Of a DNA stretch of 64,000 bases, positions 32,708 to 41,399 are shown one piece after another. How positions within the stretch are numbered: position 1 is the first letter of the stretch; each line of letters starts with the position of its first letter. This stretch comes from Dehalococcoidia bacterium. GTDB lineage: Bacteria; Chloroflexota; Dehalococcoidia; Lucifugimonadales; UBA2985. The position numbers and the translations under genes were made by a program. The notes under the pieces were generated by a model. The model was not told the DNA's origin. It saw only the letters and a list, made by a program, of their open reading frames with translations, and did not search any database. The stretch lies in contig OY821663.2 of the NCBI GenBank assembly GCA_963555975.3, positions 1,785,278 to 1,849,277 on the forward strand. The letters are read 5' to 3'.

Positions 32708-34261
32708 ATGGGCGTGCTCAGCGCTAAACATATCCATACGGCCCTTCTCACGCTGGGGCTTGTGGCGTTGCTGGCCGCCTTTGCCCTCTCTGCGGGCTGC
32801 ACTGCCGACGCTGAGCAGCCGCCGAGCGGCAGTCTTGGCAGCGGGCCTGACTATTATGGCCCGGCTACGCTTGAGGAGCGGATAGCCGGGGCAGACGCCA
32901 TAATCCGGGCTCGGTTGCTCTTGGTTACCGCGGTGTCGGAGCAGCTGGCAGGCCAGACAGGCTATTTCGCCGCCCTGGACTACAAGTTCCAAGTGGTGGA
33001 GTACTTGAGCGGGAGCGGCTCCGGCGAGCTTGTGGGAGTAGTCCATGACGCGTCAAGAAGTTATGGGACAGCGGCGGGCGCCATTGGGGCTGCCAAGACT
33101 CTCAAAGAAGGCCGAGACACGCAGTGGGATGACCGCGAGGCGATTGTGTTTCTCATCGACGAACATCCTGGATTGCCAAGCAGTTATCATGCGGATCGCT
33201 ACCGGTTGGGAAGCCACTATGCTGGCGAAGACTATTATACAATTGCCAGCCGAGATCATAAGCGGTGGCTACCGGCATCGGCCGGTGGCGCATCGGGTAC
33301 CGGTGGGGCATCAGGCAGCGGGGAGCAGAGCTTTTTGCTGGACAAGCCTCTGCCTGCTTCCGGCGGTGCCTCAGGAGAGTCGGGCCAGTCCGAGCCGGCT
33401 CCTACAATCACTCTGGCCGACATGAAGGCCAAGATTGCGGCGTTCAACCAAGAGGTTACAGCGGGCGGGGGCTCTGAGGCGTACAAGGATTGCCTCTACC
33501 TCAAGCTCAAGTGGGAGCGGGAAGTCCTGTATCGGAAAGAGAGACGCGGGGGCAACTATTTCCGCGTTCGCTACGATGAATCCATATCCTCTGGGATGGC
33601 TGCTGAGACCCTGGCCCACATATCAGTGGATGCGTCTTTCGCGCTTAGTGAGGAAGGGCCAACCGCCCCCACCGACGACTCCTGGGGAGAATACTGGGTC
33701 GTGGGCAGGGATGGGGGCCTGTTTCAAACCCGATGGCCAGGCGAGGCGGTAACGGCGCGCCCACTGCCCGCGGGAGTGTATCGGTTCTACTGGGTCTATC
33801 TGCCGCCTCAAGGTGTCATCTGCAACGCGATGCCTGAGGACGAGTTGAAGAGGCTTGAGGTGTTTGTCACCGTCACCGCGCCCACCGGCACACTGCACGA
33901 GCTGTTCTTCGACCCGGTGACGGTGGGCAACTCAGTCGCCGCGGACGCCACAAACGGCACACTCAAGCCAACCGCGTTCACGGGCGCGGGCGGCGCATCG
34001 GCTGCCATAGGCCGGATAGCGTATGAGTCCGGCCAGGTGAAGATCAAGGTCACGCCGGTCACTGCGCTGACGTCGCAGGTGGTGGAGGTGATAGAGCTGG
34101 ACGGCGCCGGGTCGCTGTCGTTGCGCGTAGCCAACGCCACGGTTGACACCGCTAACAACACGCTGAGCTGGTCGGTGTCTTCTCAGCCGTGGAACAACGG
34201 TGACAAGCTGATGGTGCGCATCCACGATGGCTCGGCGGCCGCGCCTGCGCCAGTGCATTAG
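32708..34261 (+). CDS. secreted/lipoprotein-like protein of unknown function, paralogue B
   Basis: Signal peptide ending ALSAGC (lipobox-like). It shares the RPLPAGVYRF motif and the C-terminal domain with paralogue A. Confidence 0.7.
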   Translation: MGVLSAKHIHTALLTLGLVALLAAFALSAGCTADAEQPPSGSLGSGPDYYGPATLEERIAGADAIIRARLLLVTAVSEQLAGQTGYFAALDYKFQVVEYLSGSGSGELVGVVHDASRSYGTAAGAIGAAKTLKEGRDTQWDDREAIVFLIDEHPGLPSSYHADRYRLGSHYAGEDYYTIASRDHKRWLPASAGGASGTGGASGSGEQSFLLDKPLPASGGASGESGQSEPAPTITLADMKAKIAAFNQEVTAGGGSEAYKDCLYLKLKWEREVLYRKERRGGNYFRVRYDESISSGMAAETLAHISVDASFALSEEGPTAPTDDSWGEYWVVGRDGGLFQTRWPGEAVTARPLPAGVYRFYWVYLPPQGVICNAMPEDELKRLEVFVTVTAPTGTLHELFFDPVTVGNSVAADATNGTLKPTAFTGAGGASAAIGRIAYESGQVKIKVTPVTALTSQVVEVIELDGAGSLSLRVANATVDTANNTLSWSVSSQPWNNGDKLMVRIHDGSAAAPAPVH

Positions 34262-34269
34262 CGCCCGCC

Positions 34270-34535
34270 CTTCGACAGGCTCAGGGTGAGCGGTTTACGA
34301 ACCGCCTCTACGGCGGAGATTCGCGCCGCCTACCCGGAGCGGCGCGTAGGGGCGTCCCTCGTGGGAGCCTTGGCTCGCGCCCGTTCGTGTGAGCTTGTCG
34401 AAGCATGGACGTGAGGAGACCGCGACTGCCTTCCATCCGCCTGCCCTTCAACAGGCTCAGGGCGAACGGGCTAAGGCGGCGGCTGGCATCTGCGGGCGGT
34501 TCACGAACCGCCCCTGCGGCCGGGATGCTCGCGCG
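34270..34535. repeat. REP-like hairpin repeats between convergent genes
   Basis: TTCGACAGGCTCAGGGTGAGCGG (about 34272) pairs with CCGTTCGTGTGAGCTTGTCGAAG (about 34381). A further copy is at about 34445. GCGGTT(T/C)ACGAACCGC palindromes lie at about 34293 and 34498. Confidence 0.8.
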
Positions 34536-34540
34536 CCTCC

Positions 34541-35641
34541 CTACACCTCTATCGCGTCCACTATGCGCTGGCCCATCTCGCTGGTGCTGAGCGCGCCGCC
34601 CGCGCCCTCCTCCGCAATGTCCTGCGTGCGGTATCCCTGTTGCAGCACTCGCTCCACCGCCTGCTCCACCGCGGCGCCCGCGGCGGACAAGCCCAGCGAG
34701 TAGCGGAGCATGAAAGCGACGCTCAGGATGGTGGCGATGGGGTTGGCCTTGCCCTGCCCGGCGATGTCCGGCGCGCTGCCGTGTATCGGCTCGTACAGGC
34801 CGAGCGCGGGGCGGCCCTCCTCTCGCGGGATTCCCGCGAGGCTGGCGGACGGCAGCATACCCAGCGAACCGGCCAGGATGGCCGCCTCGTCCGTGAGGAT
34901 GTCGCCGAACATGTTCTCCGCGACCAGCACGTCGAACCGCGCGGGCGTGCGTACCAGCGCCATCGCGCACGAGTCGACCAGCATGTGCTCCAGCTCCACG
35001 TCCGGGTACTCGCGGCCAAGCTCGATGGCGATCTCGCGCCACAGCCGCGAGCTCTCCAGCACGTTGGCCTTGTCCACGGACGTGAGCTTGCCGCGGCGGC
35101 GGCGCGCCGACTCGAAGCCCACGCGCAGCGCCCGCTCGATCTCGCCCTCGGTGTAGCGCAGCGTGTCTACGCCGCGGCGGCCGCGGGAGGTCTGCCACCG
35201 CTTCTTCGGCTTCGCAAAGTAGAGGCCGCCCGTCAGCTCTCGAATGACCAGGATGTCCACGCCCTCCAGGACGGACGGCTTGATGGAACTGGAGTTGATG
35301 AGCGCGGGGAACACCTTGACGGGCCGCAGGTTGGCGAACAGGCCGAGTTCCTTGCGCAGGCCCAGGATGGCGTCCTCCGGGCGATGCGGCGCAAGCGGAT
35401 TGTCCCACTTGGGGCCGCCGACCGCGCCGAAGAGCACGGCGTGGCTGCGGCGCGCCAGGTTGAGCGCGGCTGCGGGCAACGGAGCGCCAACCTCGTCTAT
35501 GGCGATTCCGCCGACAAGCTCGGTCTCCACGTTGAAGGTCGCATCCGTGAGCTGTTCCACGCGCCGGAGCACCTTCACGCCCTCCGCGATGGTCTCCGGC
35601 CCAACGCCGTCGCCCGGCAGCAGAGCAATGTTGAACTGCAT
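34541..35641 (-). CDS. leuB: 3-isopropylmalate dehydrogenase
   Basis: N-terminus [12 protein letters not shown] plus an NLFGDILSD-type motif ([13 protein letters not shown]). 366 aa. Confidence 0.93.
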   Translation of the reverse strand: MQFNIALLPGDGVGPETIAEGVKVLRRVEQLTDATFNVETELVGGIAIDEVGAPLPAAALNLARRSHAVLFGAVGGPKWDNPLAPHRPEDAILGLRKELGLFANLRPVKVFPALINSSSIKPSVLEGVDILVIRELTGGLYFAKPKKRWQTSRGRRGVDTLRYTEGEIERALRVGFESARRRRGKLTSVDKANVLESSRLWREIAIELGREYPDVELEHMLVDSCAMALVRTPARFDVLVAENMFGDILTDEAAILAGSLGMLPSASLAGIPREEGRPALGLYEPIHGSAPDIAGQGKANPIATILSVAFMLRYSLGLSAAGAAVEQAVERVLQQGYRTQDIAEEGAGGALSTSEMGQRIVDAIEV

Positions 35642-35676
35642 GGCTGTCGTCCGCCTTTCTCTGTGTGTCGCGGGGC

Positions 35677-36459
35677 TTACCCCACGCTCCTCTTGGCCTC
35701 TTGCCAGAGGGACTCCTTCTCATCCATGCTCAGGTCGGCGAAGTCCACGCCGCGCTCCGAGCACAGCTTCTCCATGTGGACGAACCGCATCTTGAAGCGG
35801 CCGTTGGCGCCTCGAAGGGCGTCCTCCATGCGTATGCCGAGCCAACGGCCGGAGTTCACCAGCGAGAACAGCACGTCCCCCATCTCGGCCTCGCGCTCGG
35901 CGTCGCTTTCGGCTGCGTCCAGCTCTCGCACCTCCTCCTCAACCTTGGGGAGCACGTCGTCCGCGCGGTCCCAGTCGAACCCGGCCAGCGACGCTCGATC
36001 CTGGAGCAGTTGCGCCTGAGCCAGCGCGGGCAGGCTGGCCGGCGCCTCGCCCAGCCGCGACGCCGACTCGCCGCGCTCCCGCCGCTTGATTCGCTCCCAC
36101 TCAGCCTTCACCTGCTCCGGCGTTGCAGCCTCGCCCTCGCCGAACACGTGCGGGTGCCTGCGCTCCAGCTTGTCGGTGACGGCGGTGAACACGTCCTCCG
36201 CGGTGAACGCGCCGGCCTCCTGCGCAAGGCGGATGTGAAACGCCACCTGCGCCAGTATGTCGCCGAGCTCCTCCATCATGCCCTTGGAGTCGCCTGCGTC
36301 GATGGCCTCCATCAGCTCGTAGCACTCCTCCAGCAGGTAGCGTTTCAGCGTTTGGTGCGTCTGCTCCCTGTCCCAGGGGCAGCCGCCGGGGGCGAGCAGC
36401 CGCGCGACCACGCCGTCCAGCGACTGGTAGGTGCCGGTCTGTGCGCCTGTCTCGTTCAT
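35677..36459 (-). CDS. mazG: nucleoside triphosphate pyrophosphohydrolase MazG
   Basis: 260 aa from the ATG at 36459. Tandem MazG domains ([27 protein letters not shown] and a second EExxE repeat). Confidence 0.88.
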   Translation of the reverse strand: MNETGAQTGTYQSLDGVVARLLAPGGCPWDREQTHQTLKRYLLEECYELMEAIDAGDSKGMMEELGDILAQVAFHIRLAQEAGAFTAEDVFTAVTDKLERRHPHVFGEGEAATPEQVKAEWERIKRRERGESASRLGEAPASLPALAQAQLLQDRASLAGFDWDRADDVLPKVEEEVRELDAAESDAEREAEMGDVLFSLVNSGRWLGIRMEDALRGANGRFKMRFVHMEKLCSERGVDFADLSMDEKESLWQEAKRSVG

Positions 36460-36581
36460 TCGTGTAAGCCTTTCAGAGGGCTGCGATTGCAATTCGAATG
36501 CAGGCCGATTCGCCGCCTGCCCTGGGTGGATTATAGGCAAGCCGCGCTTGCGGGGCAAGGGATGGCGAAATCGTTGGCGTG

Positions 36582-37870
36582 AGGTAGTGTCAAGTATTGT
36601 GTGTAGATTGAGAGAGGGGCTTCACCTTCCAGTTGGTGTTGAGATGGCTGATGACTCCGAAGATAATCCTTTCTACGCTGTCTGAGTTCTGGAAGCAACT
36701 CATGGGTCGCGTCCTCCGGCGCACTTCTCTGAAGGTCCTTTCGATGGCGTTGGTGGTGCGCACCTTCTTCCAGAGGGGTTGAGGGCATTCCAGGAAGGGC
36801 AGGAGTTCTTCCAGGTCATCCTCAATGCACCGGACAGCGTTGGGTGAGGCGCTCCGCCAGCGAGCAGCCCACTGGCGGAAGCGCAGAACGGCCTCGCGGC
36901 GAGTGTGGGCCTGGTAAATGGTCTTGGCCTGGGCCAAGCAGGCTTCTTGATGCCTGCGTGGCAGCTTGGCAGCCACGTTGCGCATCTTGTGGGCCCAGCA
37001 GCGCTGCCTGGGTACGAAGGGGTAGACCATGTCGAGGGCGCGGTGCAGACCGGCGCACCCGTCAGTGCTGACCATTTGGAGCCTGTCTCCCTTGAGTCCC
37101 CGTTGGTAGAGGCTGTCCAGGAAGGCAGTCCACATGGCCTCACTCTCCGATGAGGCCTGGCGGAAGTCGATGAGCTCACGGACGCCGCCGTGGGTGACGC
37201 CGTAGGCGCACAGAACCACCCGGCGCTTCAGTTCGACCGCGCCCTTGACCTTGAGCACGATCCCGTCCAGGAGCAGGTATCTGTATCGGTCGTCGAGCTG
37301 CCTGCTGTGGAAGCGCTGCACCTCTGCGTCCAGGCTACGGCATATGCGGGACACAGTCTGGGCGCTAACCCCCTCACCCAGCAATGGCTGGACTACCTCT
37401 CGCACTCTCCGGGCGCTCACCCCGGCCAAGAACATCTTGCGTACCATCTGATTGACCTGAGACTGCCGACGCTGGTATCTGGGCAGCACCCGCGGACGAT
37501 ACTGCCCGTCCCTATCTCGAGGGATCCGTATTCGCTCTATCGGGCCAAACTCGGTGAGCAGACCCCGGTACCGGTACCCGTTTCGGTAGCCCCGCCTGAC
37601 TTCCGTTCGCCGGTACTTGGCCGCGTGGAGTTGCTCTATCAACTCAGCTTCCATCGCTTCTTCCATTAGAGTCTTGACCACGGCTAACGTCCGAGGTTTG
37701 ATCTCGTCCCACCAATCCTCTTCTTCCTTGACTGCGGACCACCTATCCTCTATTGTCAGTTCTGTCAGGTCTTTGACCTGTGCCACGGGCGTGTCCTCCT
37801 CTCAGTGGGTTTGCTTCACCCAGAAGGATACGCCCTTTCTCCCTTTTACACACTCCACGTTACACTACCT
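36582..37870 (-). mobile_element. IS256-family insertion sequence (about 1.29 kb)
   Basis: Imperfect terminal inverted repeats AGGTAGTGT... at 36582 and, in reverse complement, at 37870 (19/26 matches by hand). A single transposase ORF fills the element. TTGGCG is present on both flanks (36574-36579 and 37870-37875), so the exact ends and target duplication are ambiguous. Confidence 0.8.
36590..37786 (-). CDS. IS256-family (Mutator-type) transposase
   Basis: 398 aa with family-typical blocks (RRGYRNGYRYRGLLTEFGPIERIRIPRDRDG, YLLLDGIVLKVK, WAHKMRNV). Confidence 0.9.
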   Translation of the reverse strand: MAQVKDLTELTIEDRWSAVKEEEDWWDEIKPRTLAVVKTLMEEAMEAELIEQLHAAKYRRTEVRRGYRNGYRYRGLLTEFGPIERIRIPRDRDGQYRPRVLPRYQRRQSQVNQMVRKMFLAGVSARRVREVVQPLLGEGVSAQTVSRICRSLDAEVQRFHSRQLDDRYRYLLLDGIVLKVKGAVELKRRVVLCAYGVTHGGVRELIDFRQASSESEAMWTAFLDSLYQRGLKGDRLQMVSTDGCAGLHRALDMVYPFVPRQRCWAHKMRNVAAKLPRRHQEACLAQAKTIYQAHTRREAVLRFRQWAARWRSASPNAVRCIEDDLEELLPFLECPQPLWKKVRTTNAIERTFREVRRRTRPMSCFQNSDSVERIIFGVISHLNTNWKVKPLSQSTHNT

Positions 37871-37885
37871 TGGCGCCATTGCCCA

Positions 37886-37933
37886 TTGACAGGCTGAATC
37901 ACCTGTGCTATGTTGCCCGCGCACATTCGTTCG
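37886..37933 (+). promoter_or_regulatory. lexA promoter (TTGACA-17-TATGTT) with candidate SOS (Cheo-type) box CGCACATTCGTTCG
   Basis: TTGACA at 37886-37891 and TATGTT at 37909-37914. The box at 37920-37933 differs at one position from CGAAC-N4-GTTCG. Confidence 0.5.
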
Positions 37934-37947
37934 CGGAGGGTTTACTC

Positions 37948-38589
37948 ATGGCAAAGAAGGGTCTCAGCAATCGGCAGCAGCGCATCCTGGAGTTCATCCG
38001 GGAGTTCGGCGAGGAGCGGAGCTATCCGCCAACGGTGCGTGACATTCAGCAGGCTTGCGAGGTAAGCTCCACCTCCGTGGTGGACTACAACCTGCGGATC
38101 CTGGAGCGGCTGGGCCTCATCCGCCGCGACCGCGAGGTGTCGCGCGGGATCGAGTTGCTGGTGGGCGGCCGGAGGCGCGGGCGCTTGCCCGTGCTCGGCT
38201 ACATCGCAGCCGGCGAGCCGTCGCCGGTGCCTACGCAGGAGTCGTGGGCCGACTTCGAGGCGATAGACGAGGTTGACGTGCCGCCGGGCATGGTGGGCGA
38301 GATGCCCGCGGACGCCTACGCGCTGCGCGTGAAGGGCACGTCCATGATCGACGCCCTGGTGGACGACGGCGACGTGGTCATCGTGCGGCCGGTGGACGCA
38401 GTGAAGAACGGCGACATGGTGGTGGCGTGGCTCCAGACGGAGAAGGAGGTCACGCTCAAGCGCTTCTACAACGAGGGCGAGCGCGTGCGGCTTCAGCCTG
38501 CCAACTCCACGATGGAGCCGATCTACGTGGACCCGGAGAACCTGGAGGTCCAGGGCAAGGTGGTGGCCGTCCTGCGCAGCACACTGTAG
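37948..38589 (+). CDS. lexA: LexA repressor
   Basis: 213 aa. N-terminal wHTH (LSNRQQRILEFI...PTVRDI), Ala-Gly cleavage site (YIAAGEP), catalytic Ser (VKGTSMIDA) and Lys (TLKRF). Confidence 0.93.
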   Translation: MAKKGLSNRQQRILEFIREFGEERSYPPTVRDIQQACEVSSTSVVDYNLRILERLGLIRRDREVSRGIELLVGGRRRGRLPVLGYIAAGEPSPVPTQESWADFEAIDEVDVPPGMVGEMPADAYALRVKGTSMIDALVDDGDVVIVRPVDAVKNGDMVVAWLQTEKEVTLKRFYNEGERVRLQPANSTMEPIYVDPENLEVQGKVVAVLRSTL

Positions 38590-38660
38590 TGGGGGAGTGG
38601 GGGGAGGCGCAGGTGCCCCGTTTGTGCTGAGCTTGTCAAAGCGCGGGCGGGGGCGCGATC

Positions 38661-39023
38661 TCAGTTCCCGCCGAGAAGCGACTCCGCTTCCTCCACAAAC
38701 TCCCGCACGCGGCCAAGGCTGAAGGCAACCCTGGCCGTATCCATCCAACCCTCATAAAAGTTGGAGTGCAGGGTGTTGGCCGCATGGAACCCGTATCGTA
38801 GTGTCCTGCTCTGAGTCTCGTCCTCCAGTCTGCCCATGATGGCAAAGAGGAGTCGATGGCTGCCGTGTGCCCAGCCACGTTGGGCTGCGACGGCCTTCAG
38901 GATTTGCGCGGCTGCCCCCCATCCCTTCTCAGCGGCCTGAAGCAGGTCTCCGGCGTCAAGTTCAGCGAAAGCTTGCTCCAGGAATATCCTGCTCCGCTCT
39001 CGGTATGTTTCGTAACCCTGCAA
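38661..39023 (-). CDS. PaREP1-like small helical protein, copy 1
   Basis: TTG start with GGAGAG upstream. It shares the motif GDLLQAAEKGWGAAAQILKAVAAQRGW with copies 2 and 3. The PaREP1 assignment is from memory of that family's LxQASEKxWGA signature. Confidence 0.6.
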   Translation of the reverse strand: MQGYETYRERSRIFLEQAFAELDAGDLLQAAEKGWGAAAQILKAVAAQRGWAHGSHRLLFAIMGRLEDETQSRTLRYGFHAANTLHSNFYEGWMDTARVAFSLGRVREFVEEAESLLGGN

Positions 39024-39226
39024 GGTTTACTCTCCAGCCAACAGTTGCCCGGCTCGCTCGGATTGTAGCGCTGCCCGGGGTAGCTTGTGAGTGACCGGTT
39101 TGCTCAGGCGAGAAGGTGGAGCGCGTCCAACTGCTGCGGGAGTCGAGATTGCTTGAAGGGACACGGCTGAACCCCGGCGCGTCGCCCTCGCCGACTCTGT
39201 GCTCATCCGACTGACCCTGCACCGGG

Positions 39227-39589
39227 TCAGCGTGTCTTGAGCAAGGACTCTGTGGAATCCACGAACTCTTGCACGTCGCCGAGGCTCCACTTTATCAAGG
39301 CTCTATCCAGCCAGCCCTCTGAGAATATGGTGAGCAGGAGGATGGCCGCGCCCAAGCCGTCCAGTAGTTCCTCGCGTTGTTCCTCGCTTGCCAGACTGCA
39401 CACAATGCCGAACAGTTGCTGTTGGCTGTCGTGCTCCCATCCGCGCTCCTCCGCGACGGCCCTCAGCATTTGCGCGGCCGCTGCCCATCCCTTCTCGGAC
39501 GCCTGGCTCAGGTCGCCCGCCTCAAACTCGACGAACGCCTGCTCCAGATAGGCCCTGCCTTGCTCCCGGTATGTTGCAGTGCTCTGCAC
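39227..39589 (-). CDS. PaREP1-like small helical protein, copy 2
   Basis: GTG start with GGGAG upstream. Roughly half of its residues are identical to copy 1 by eye (GDLSQASEKGWAAAAQMLRAVAEERGW). Confidence 0.6.
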   Translation of the reverse strand: MQSTATYREQGRAYLEQAFVEFEAGDLSQASEKGWAAAAQMLRAVAEERGWEHDSQQQLFGIVCSLASEEQREELLDGLGAAILLLTIFSEGWLDRALIKWSLGDVQEFVDSTESLLKTR

Positions 39590-39624
39590 GACTCACGCTC
39601 CCGTTGCGACTGTCTCTCCTGCTC

Positions 39625-39750
39625 GAATTCTAGCACAGTGACCGGCCGGGAGTCACCCGTCGACCAGCCCCCAACCCGCCGCTCCATTCGCTGAAGCCCC
39701 CCCACACCCCGCGTTTGCCCTGCCGCCCGCGCCGTGGTAGTATGGCGGCT
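39625..39750. repeat. ~120-bp duplicated intergenic segment, copy A, containing a promoter-like TTGCCC-17-TAGTAT (39715-39743, + strand)
   Basis: It aligns by eye with 40754-40871 (GAGTCACCCGT...CCCCAACCCGCCGCTC...TCGCTGAAGCCCC...CACCCCGCGTTTGCCCTGCCGCCCGCGCCGTGGTA(G/C)TATGGCGGC). Confidence 0.75.
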
Positions 39751-39780
39751 GTTTTCCATGCGGCAGCGCCGACGCGCTCG

Positions 39781-40155
39781 CTACGCATTCCCGCTAAGGG
39801 CTGCCAGGGCCTTGACCAGTTCCTTGGCGTCTTCTATGCCTTCTCGCACCGAGTCCTCATCAAGGACTGCCTGATAGAAGTTGGCGTGAAGGGCCTCAAC
39901 TGACCTCAGGAGCCTCCGATAGTAGGGCGCGTCTGTCGGATCCCAACTGAAGATTTCTCGGGCATTGTCAATCAGGTGGTTGTGTGAGCCTAGAGGCCAG
40001 CCTCGCTGGCGGGCTATGGCGTTCACGTAGTGAGAAACGGCGCCCCATGCCTTCTCGGATGCCTGGAGCAGTTCTCCCCTGCGAAATTCGTCGTCAGCGT
40101 GCTCCAGGAACTGATTGCTGATAGACAGGTGTTGTTCAGCCGTGGCCACTATCAT
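39781..40155 (-). CDS. PaREP1-like small helical protein, copy 3 (divergent)
   Basis: Motif GELLQASEKAWGAVSHYVNAIARQRGW. Its ATG overlaps the stop of the upstream gene (ATGA at 40155-40152). Confidence 0.6.
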   Translation of the reverse strand: MIVATAEQHLSISNQFLEHADDEFRRGELLQASEKAWGAVSHYVNAIARQRGWPLGSHNHLIDNAREIFSWDPTDAPYYRRLLRSVEALHANFYQAVLDEDSVREGIEDAKELVKALAALSGNA

Positions 40156-40673
40156 TCCCCTGCGTAAGCCTTGGGTTCCGTGTACTCGATGAGAGAGAAC
40201 TGCCCCTCAACGTCCACGAACCGTATCGTTGTCTCCACGCCGAACACGTCGATCAGGTGGAGCGGCTCCCCTATTGCAAATCGTACGGCAGGCGTTGCGA
40301 GCTGTCCGTTGATGGCGATGTTGTTGGCGTAGACATACCCGTCTTTGTGCGGACTCAGCCGTCCCTCTACCCCCGGGATGAATCCGGCGCTCTTGGTGAA
40401 GAGCAGGGCCCTTCTCTCGTCTTGGGACGGCTCCAACCTGAGTGGAACGAGCTCTTCAGGCGAAGGCTCGATAGTGTCCTTGAACGGCAGATGACCTGCC
40501 GCCGCTGCCAGAACCTTCACGGGCTGGTCCGTGCGATAGAGGCTGAACCGGCAATGCCCGTCTTGGCTGCTTATGCCGGTCAGGTATGTGCCGTTGGGAT
40601 AGGCTACCAGAACCACCGCCCCCTTTACGGGCGTACCTTCACCGGACGTAACCAGGAAATCCAAGTTGTTCAT
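40152..40673 (-). CDS. hypothetical two-domain beta-rich protein (N-terminal CarboxypepD_reg-like sandwich), translationally coupled to PaREP1-like copy 3
   Basis: ATG at 40673 is preceded by GGGAGAGG; the longer ORF to 40742 is less likely. The N-terminus VTSGEGTPVKGAVVLVAYPNGTYLTGISSQDGHCRFSL resembles carboxypeptidase-regulatory-like domains. Confidence 0.5.
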   Translation of the reverse strand: MNNLDFLVTSGEGTPVKGAVVLVAYPNGTYLTGISSQDGHCRFSLYRTDQPVKVLAAAAGHLPFKDTIEPSPEELVPLRLEPSQDERRALLFTKSAGFIPGVEGRLSPHKDGYVYANNIAINGQLATPAVRFAIGEPLHLIDVFGVETTIRFVDVEGQFSLIEYTEPKAYAGE

Positions 40674-40753
40674 GTCCTCTCCCGTACCTAAAGCCGGCCT
40701 GCGCTGCTCCTGAGCTTCATTATACAACATGCAACTGCTCATCCTGCCAGCAA

Positions 40754-40871
40754 GAATTGCACGGCTGGCGGCCGCGAGTCACCCGTGCTATCACCCCAAC
40801 CCGCCGCTCAACTCGCTGAAGCCCCGCACCCCGCGTTTGCCCTGCCGCCCGCGCCGTGGTACTATGGCGGC
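40754..40871. repeat. ~120-bp duplicated intergenic segment, copy B, containing a promoter-like TTGCCC-17-TACTAT (40837-40865, + strand)
   Basis: See copy A. Here the predicted promoter faces the EVE-domain gene. Confidence 0.75.
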
Positions 40872-40910
40872 GCGGCATTCAACCCGCAGTCGATACACCG
40901 GGAGAGAGCA

Positions 40911-41399
40911 GTGGCTAGAGGAAAGACCTACTGGATGGTGGCCAGCTCCCTCGAGAACTTTCACATCACCCGAGAACGAGATTTCACGCTCCAGGGCATG
41001 ATGTCCCGCCAGCGCCGCAAGGCCCAGCGCATGGAGCCGGGCGACAGGCTGGTCTTCTACATCACCGGCGTGCAGGTTTTCGGCGCAACGGCCACCATCA
41101 CCTCAAAGTGTTCGGAAGACCACGAGCCCATCTGGAAGAGCGACGGCAAGGCGGACGATTTCCCTTGGCGGGTCAACATTCGGGCCGAGTTCGCCCTTGA
41201 GGACGAGCAGTTCCTGGACGCACGGCAGATCGGCCCTCGCATGGAGTACGTGCGCCGGTGGCCGCCGGAGTTGTGGCCCCTGGCGTTCCAGGGCAACCTT
41301 CACATCCTGCCCAAGGCGGACTTCGAGATGCTGGAGCAGGAGATGCGGAAGGTGACCTCTCGCTGGGCGCAGCGGCGCGTGGCGCAGAACGGCTACTAG
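40911..41399 (+). CDS. EVE/PUA-like domain protein (UPF0310-like)
   Basis: GTG start after GGGAGAG. The pattern KTYWMVASSLENF...MEPGDRLVFYITGVQVFGATATITS...FPWRVNI matches my recollection of archaeal UPF0310 EVE proteins. Confidence 0.6.
   Translation: MARGKTYWMVASSLENFHITRERDFTLQGMMSRQRRKAQRMEPGDRLVFYITGVQVFGATATITSKCSEDHEPIWKSDGKADDFPWRVNIRAEFALEDEQFLDARQIGPRMEYVRRWPPELWPLAFQGNLHILPKADFEMLEQEMRKVTSRWAQRRVAQNGY

Noticed and set aside
32326-34218. Possible diversity-generating retroelement (template/variable repeat pair), given two ~350-nt near-identical repeats at the 3' ends of adjacent genes.
   Set aside because: The 43 hand-counted mismatches are of all types and in both directions, with no adenine-specific pattern. 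Both copies are in-frame coding sequence, and there is no reverse transcriptase gene in the window. Ordinary paralogy or gene conversion explains it.
36700-37669. Additional ORFs inside the IS256 element (36700-37179, 36822-37058, 37190-37669).
   Set aside because: They overlap the intact 398-aa transposase frame, and IS256-family elements encode a single transposase.
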